Below are positions 59,401 through 64,000 of a DNA stretch of 64,000 nucleotides, in pieces. Below the pieces are notes generated by a model, which ran no database searches, had not been told where the DNA came from, and saw only the letters and a list, made by a program, of their open reading frames with translations. The stretch lies in NCBI RefSeq assembly GCF_009914755.1, contig NC_060928.1; one strand, given 5' to 3'. Each line of letters begins with the position of its first letter. Within the stretch, counting starts at the first letter, position 1. The stretch is from the human T2T-CHM13v2.0 reference genome, Homo sapiens. The translations under genes and the position numbers were made by a program.

Positions 59401-61914
59401 ATAGCTTTCAAAGTCATTTTGCAGAGAAAAAAAGATACTGAGCAATCTGAAAGCAGGACTGTAGTAATTTTGAAAAGATCGGCTTCCTCTTTTTCTTTAA
59501 AAACATGTTTGGTCATTTTCCTAAAACTACTTTCCTTCCTTTAGCCTCCTCTTTTATTCTTTGCCCCAGCTCGTACTACAGTTCGGGCTTATTAGAGCAG
59601 GGAGATGGTGACTTTTGAGGGTTTGCAGGGCTCTTTCTGGTTGGTGTATGTATTCTGAAAATACTTGCCCGGTGTTGAAAGCTGCATGCCGCTGACAAAG
59701 TAGATAAAAAGCTGGGAGTGTGGAGGACGGTTCGTCTCACTAAATGCCTGTCAGATCCAAAGCATTCTGTGAACCCCAAATTCGTTCCGACCTGTAATCC
59801 AACCCCATGGAGCAACTGATGCCTTCCACCAGGCCCCTTTGCTTTCCCGGGAAATCACCAGCTTTAATTTATGGAACAGAGACAGCTTTAGATTCAAAGA
59901 CTTTTAAAGAGTTAATTTTAGAGCACTTAGAATTCCAGCCATCCAAAGATTAGGCTAGCCCCTTAGGGTGTGAGGGGTTGTTCTTGCAGCAGTATGCACA
60001 TCTATGCCTTTTTTCATTGTTTTCTTCTAAAAATGGAGATTAAATTTTACATCAATATTTTTAGAATGTAGTTAAGAGTTGTTGCCTGACAACTTGTATT
60101 GAGGGTTCCTTTCCCAGGGGGTGGGAGGAGGTATTGTGCTGGGTCCACTGCTTCCCAGCTCCACGTGACCTTTCCTCTCAAATTTCCACTTGATTTCATC
60201 TTTGGCAGAACTGGTACCTGCCCTTCAGCTCCAAGAAACAAAAGAGCAGGGGTGAGTCAGAAGGCTTTGACTACCTCACCCTTAACTAGAGATAGAAAGT
60301 ACTTGATTAAATTCTTTGTGATACACATTGCATTTCCTTCCCTTTCCAACTTAGGTTCATATAACAATGAAGGATCAATTAAAATGAACTCCACCTCCCT
60401 TCTCCCTTAGGGTAAATATGGATTCCCTTAGGGCTGAGTTGGGCAGGGCCATCTACACTAATGAAAAGTCTTCTAGGTGAGGTAATCTGGCCTGTTCTGG
60501 GCTAGGTACAGAACACCACATCCCATTTGCCCTCATTAACTCATTCTTTTAACTCATTCTTTTCCTGGCAGCCTCCCTTTTCTTTCTATCCTTTTCTGTA
60601 TAATCCCATTTAGCTACCCACCATAACTCTACTTTGGATCATGGAATCTAGGATACCATCACTGACAAGGTTTGTTTAGATGACTGTCTCTTATCAGTAT
60701 TCCCTGAGAACATTTTTCCAATTCCTGCCTTTATTTTCCTGGAAAATTCTATGTCGATTAAATCCTCCACTAGAAATTCCATTGTATCTGTCAAAAATAA
60801 GCATCACACTCACATCTTGAATATTTTTCTTGCATCATCATTTTAATGCTGACTTGCACAGCTTCCTGATTTCTACTTCAAATTTAAATACAAATGGAAG
60901 GAAGTTGTTATAAGACACTAAATATAAATGGGTTAGATAGTCTCAGTGAGAATTAACATCTTATTCTCTGACCTTTTCTTTAGTCTGTCCTTGGGTTGAA
61001 TTCTATCCTTTCAATTTCTGACCATTGACTACTCTAGAAAGAGGTTGGATAGTTATTTTGTGTGTCAGGAATGATCTGTTTACTTGGCCTTTTCTGAGCA
61101 GCAGTTACTCACTACCTCTCCTAGTGCTGATTGGTAAGAATTTGGCCTATTCAATGATGATAACTCAACGGGGTAATATAGCAAGGCCCTAGGAAGCTTT
61201 GAAAATGACATCTTGAAGCCCTGAAATCCTGGTGCAATAACATTATCAGAACTTTCTCCTTCTTTCACCACTCCATGAAAAATGACACTGCTTGGTTTAT
61301 ATCAAATATGTCTTAGATTATAAATTCCCAAAGACAGCTTTAGCTTGATTTGTACAGGTACTAAAAGTTTATGCTGGCGGGTCAGCACCTGGCAAATGCT
61401 TTTGATGCTGCTACTAATGATGAAGACAGGAACAATGATGGTTTTCCTTTTTGGTTTCTTGAGAAAAGACTTCCTGCTTAGAATGTCTGTTTGAGAGGCT
61501 ATTCTGTGAATGTTATCTTAAAAGGCTTGAGGCAAAGGCTGGCATAATATCATACTTAGTCCCAACATTATTTCTTATACTTTTACATTTTAGACCTTCA
61601 GCCTGACCTGTTAGTTGGCATGTCTGAAAAAGTCCACCTATGAGTTTAATTTAGTATTTTCTCTGGAAGAAAATGACAGGTCTTTTGAAATGGGTAGTAT
61701 TTGGTTTAAGGGTTAAAAGAATTGGCAAGTGCAACCTTTGAGATAAATAGGTAGAGAGGAAATTAAGGGGAGTGAATTTCATGACCTTGAGCCACTATTT
61801 ACTAGACACTCAGCTTTTATGTATGGTTAGAGGGTTTACTGGAAATTAAATCTCAGAAAGTGAGCTTTTGTTGGCAAATATTTTGTATTACTAATATAGT
61901 TATTTCCTATGTAA

Positions 61915-62250
<336 letters not shown>

Positions 62251-64000
62251 TATGTCCTGCCTTTGAATCTCATCTTAATCCTTGAACAGAAATATTCTCT
62301 CCCTAGAATTTTCAATATTTTCCTTTTTCATAATATACTGTATATGTAGATGAAATTTGTCTATGCAGAAGGGCTGGCCCAAGAGACTAAAATGTGTTCT
62401 TGAGTCTAAAATAAATACCATATATGTCAGCATCTTTATTAATTTAAGACTGTTTAGAAGTGCTCAAATAGAAGCTGTGGATACAGGTTTTGCTTCTGTC
62501 TTAACTGCAGTAAAACGAACTAACCTAAGACATGCTGACTTCTGGAACAAGGGCAATTTGTAGAAATATGCTGCAGGCAGTTGGAGTTTTGAGAGATGAA
62601 TACCCTTTTAAACTGACATCTCTTCAGTGTAAGTGTTTTTCAGGTTTCAGAATGTCTGCTGTTTGAGGGACGCCTTTTTTAGTTTAATGCAGTCATTGGT
62701 CCAACCTAAAATATTAAGAGAGGCACAGAGTTGCTGACCTACTTATCTCCCATTAGGATGAGGACTAGCGTTTTAGTACTCTCATTGCTGACCTTCGGGG
62801 ATGATGACTTTGAGGACCAGGAAGCAAACAAATTGGAAAGCCTCTCAGATTAAGACTCCTGAAAAGAGAGATCTAAGACCAAAAATGTGAAAGATTAGAA
62901 CAAGTTTCCTTTTAGAATGTTCTGCCCAATCAGGTAGAAGAAAGGAAAGATAATTTTCAAGCCCATGCCCCAGTCTGCTAGCCAACAAGGATTTATTGAG
63001 CAAATACTATGTTCTGAGCCCCCTGCTTATGATCTGGAAAGTACAATAGCCTAAAAGGCAAAGAACAAGTCTTGAAGGAATTTTCAAGTCCTGGTGGTAC
63101 CTTTAGGCATTAGTGAGCATCCTTCTCCCTCCTGTTCTCTGAGCTCCTCAAGTCTTTCCTCAGTGAGGAAATCAGCTCTGGCTGTGGTAGAACCCTCTGC
63201 AGTGGTTCAGCTACAAACACTTTCTGAGAGAATCAAGTTGGCCCCAACCTAAAATTTGTTTCCTTTGGCAGTGAAAGGTGTGTTGGTAAAAGGCTCTTTC
63301 AGCATTACCTGGATGAAGTGGCATTTGCTACTTAACCCCAAGACTCTTGTTCAGTGCACGGTTCTATTCCTAAAATGTCCTCTCCTCAGCTACCAGACAA
63401 TTCAACAGTGGCCCTGGGTAGCGCCAAAATAACCCATCATAGAAACACTGCTTGAGAGTGAATAGTAGATAGGCTTGAGCTTTGCCTTAATTAAGAGGAT
63501 GAGATCGGGTCTCTTTAATCGCCAAAATAGCCTCTCAGACTACACAAAGACAGAACTGTCTCTTTTGCTGACTACATGCAATTTATTTAAATTAGTGTTG
63601 CACATTCAACGATGGTGTGGAAGCTATATTAGAAAACCACCAAATTGAATGAGTTTTCTAGGTCTTTGGTTAGGGATAAAAAGGGCATTAGCCACATTGA
63701 ATGGGATTTGCATCTCGTTAGCTTGCCCGTATGTCCTCAGCTATTGGACACAATGGAGGGTGCACGTCTCTCTTTTCAGCTGGGTAGTCTGCTTCAGTTG
63801 TGATTCTCCTGGGAATTAAAATTGTGAACTAGAGTCATGGTGGGGGAAGGGGAAGGGCTGGAACTTGTCTGACCACACCCTCCCCCGCTTTTTGTAGTTC
63901 AAGATTATAATAGTTTGCCTTAGCAGCAGCAAAATCTATCTCAGTGTTTAGTACTCTCCTCGGTATTGGCTGTGAACAATCTCCTTGCAGATATTGGGCA

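Noticed and set aside
58902-59544. 114-128 aa ORFs over the CpG island
   Set aside because: GC-rich sequence is depleted of stops; no protein similarity recognised.
59862-59991. Possible internal exon (AG at 59861 or 59879; donor GCA|GTATGC)
   Set aside because: Both splice sites are weak and nothing else in the sequence supports it.

Overview
Primate (most likely human) genomic DNA, dense in repeats (about 40 Alu/FLAM/FAM copies, old L1, MIR/L2, MaLR and ERV LTRs, MER20). The only convincing coding sequence is 30 nt at 40611-40640 (+), ATG CAC AGG AGT GGC CGT TAT GGA ACG CAG followed by a GTAAGG donor. It encodes MHRSGRYGTQ, which I recognise from memory as the N-terminus of the long isoform of TRIM2 (TRIM-NHL E3 ligase). 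The window therefore appears to cover the TRIM2 5' region: a CCAAT/GC/TATA-like promoter with its first coding exon near 40.5 kb, a CpG-island alternative promoter near 58.4-59.4 kb, and intronic or upstream DNA elsewhere. The RING-coding exons are not in the window. I see no support for any of the supplied ORFs as a protein-coding gene; most are Alu, L1 or low-complexity artefacts. The most unusual signal is a set of fold-back and locally templated structures: two adjacent pre-miRNA-sized hairpins in non-repeat DNA (a perfect 46-bp stem at 10088-10183 and a 34/36-bp stem at 10247-10332), inverted copies inside an L1 (30437-30556), an Alu insertion carrying a mosaic copy of sequence from about 2 kb upstream (14786-15486), and AT-rich serial hairpins. 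Repeat subfamily names and boundaries are by eye and approximate.
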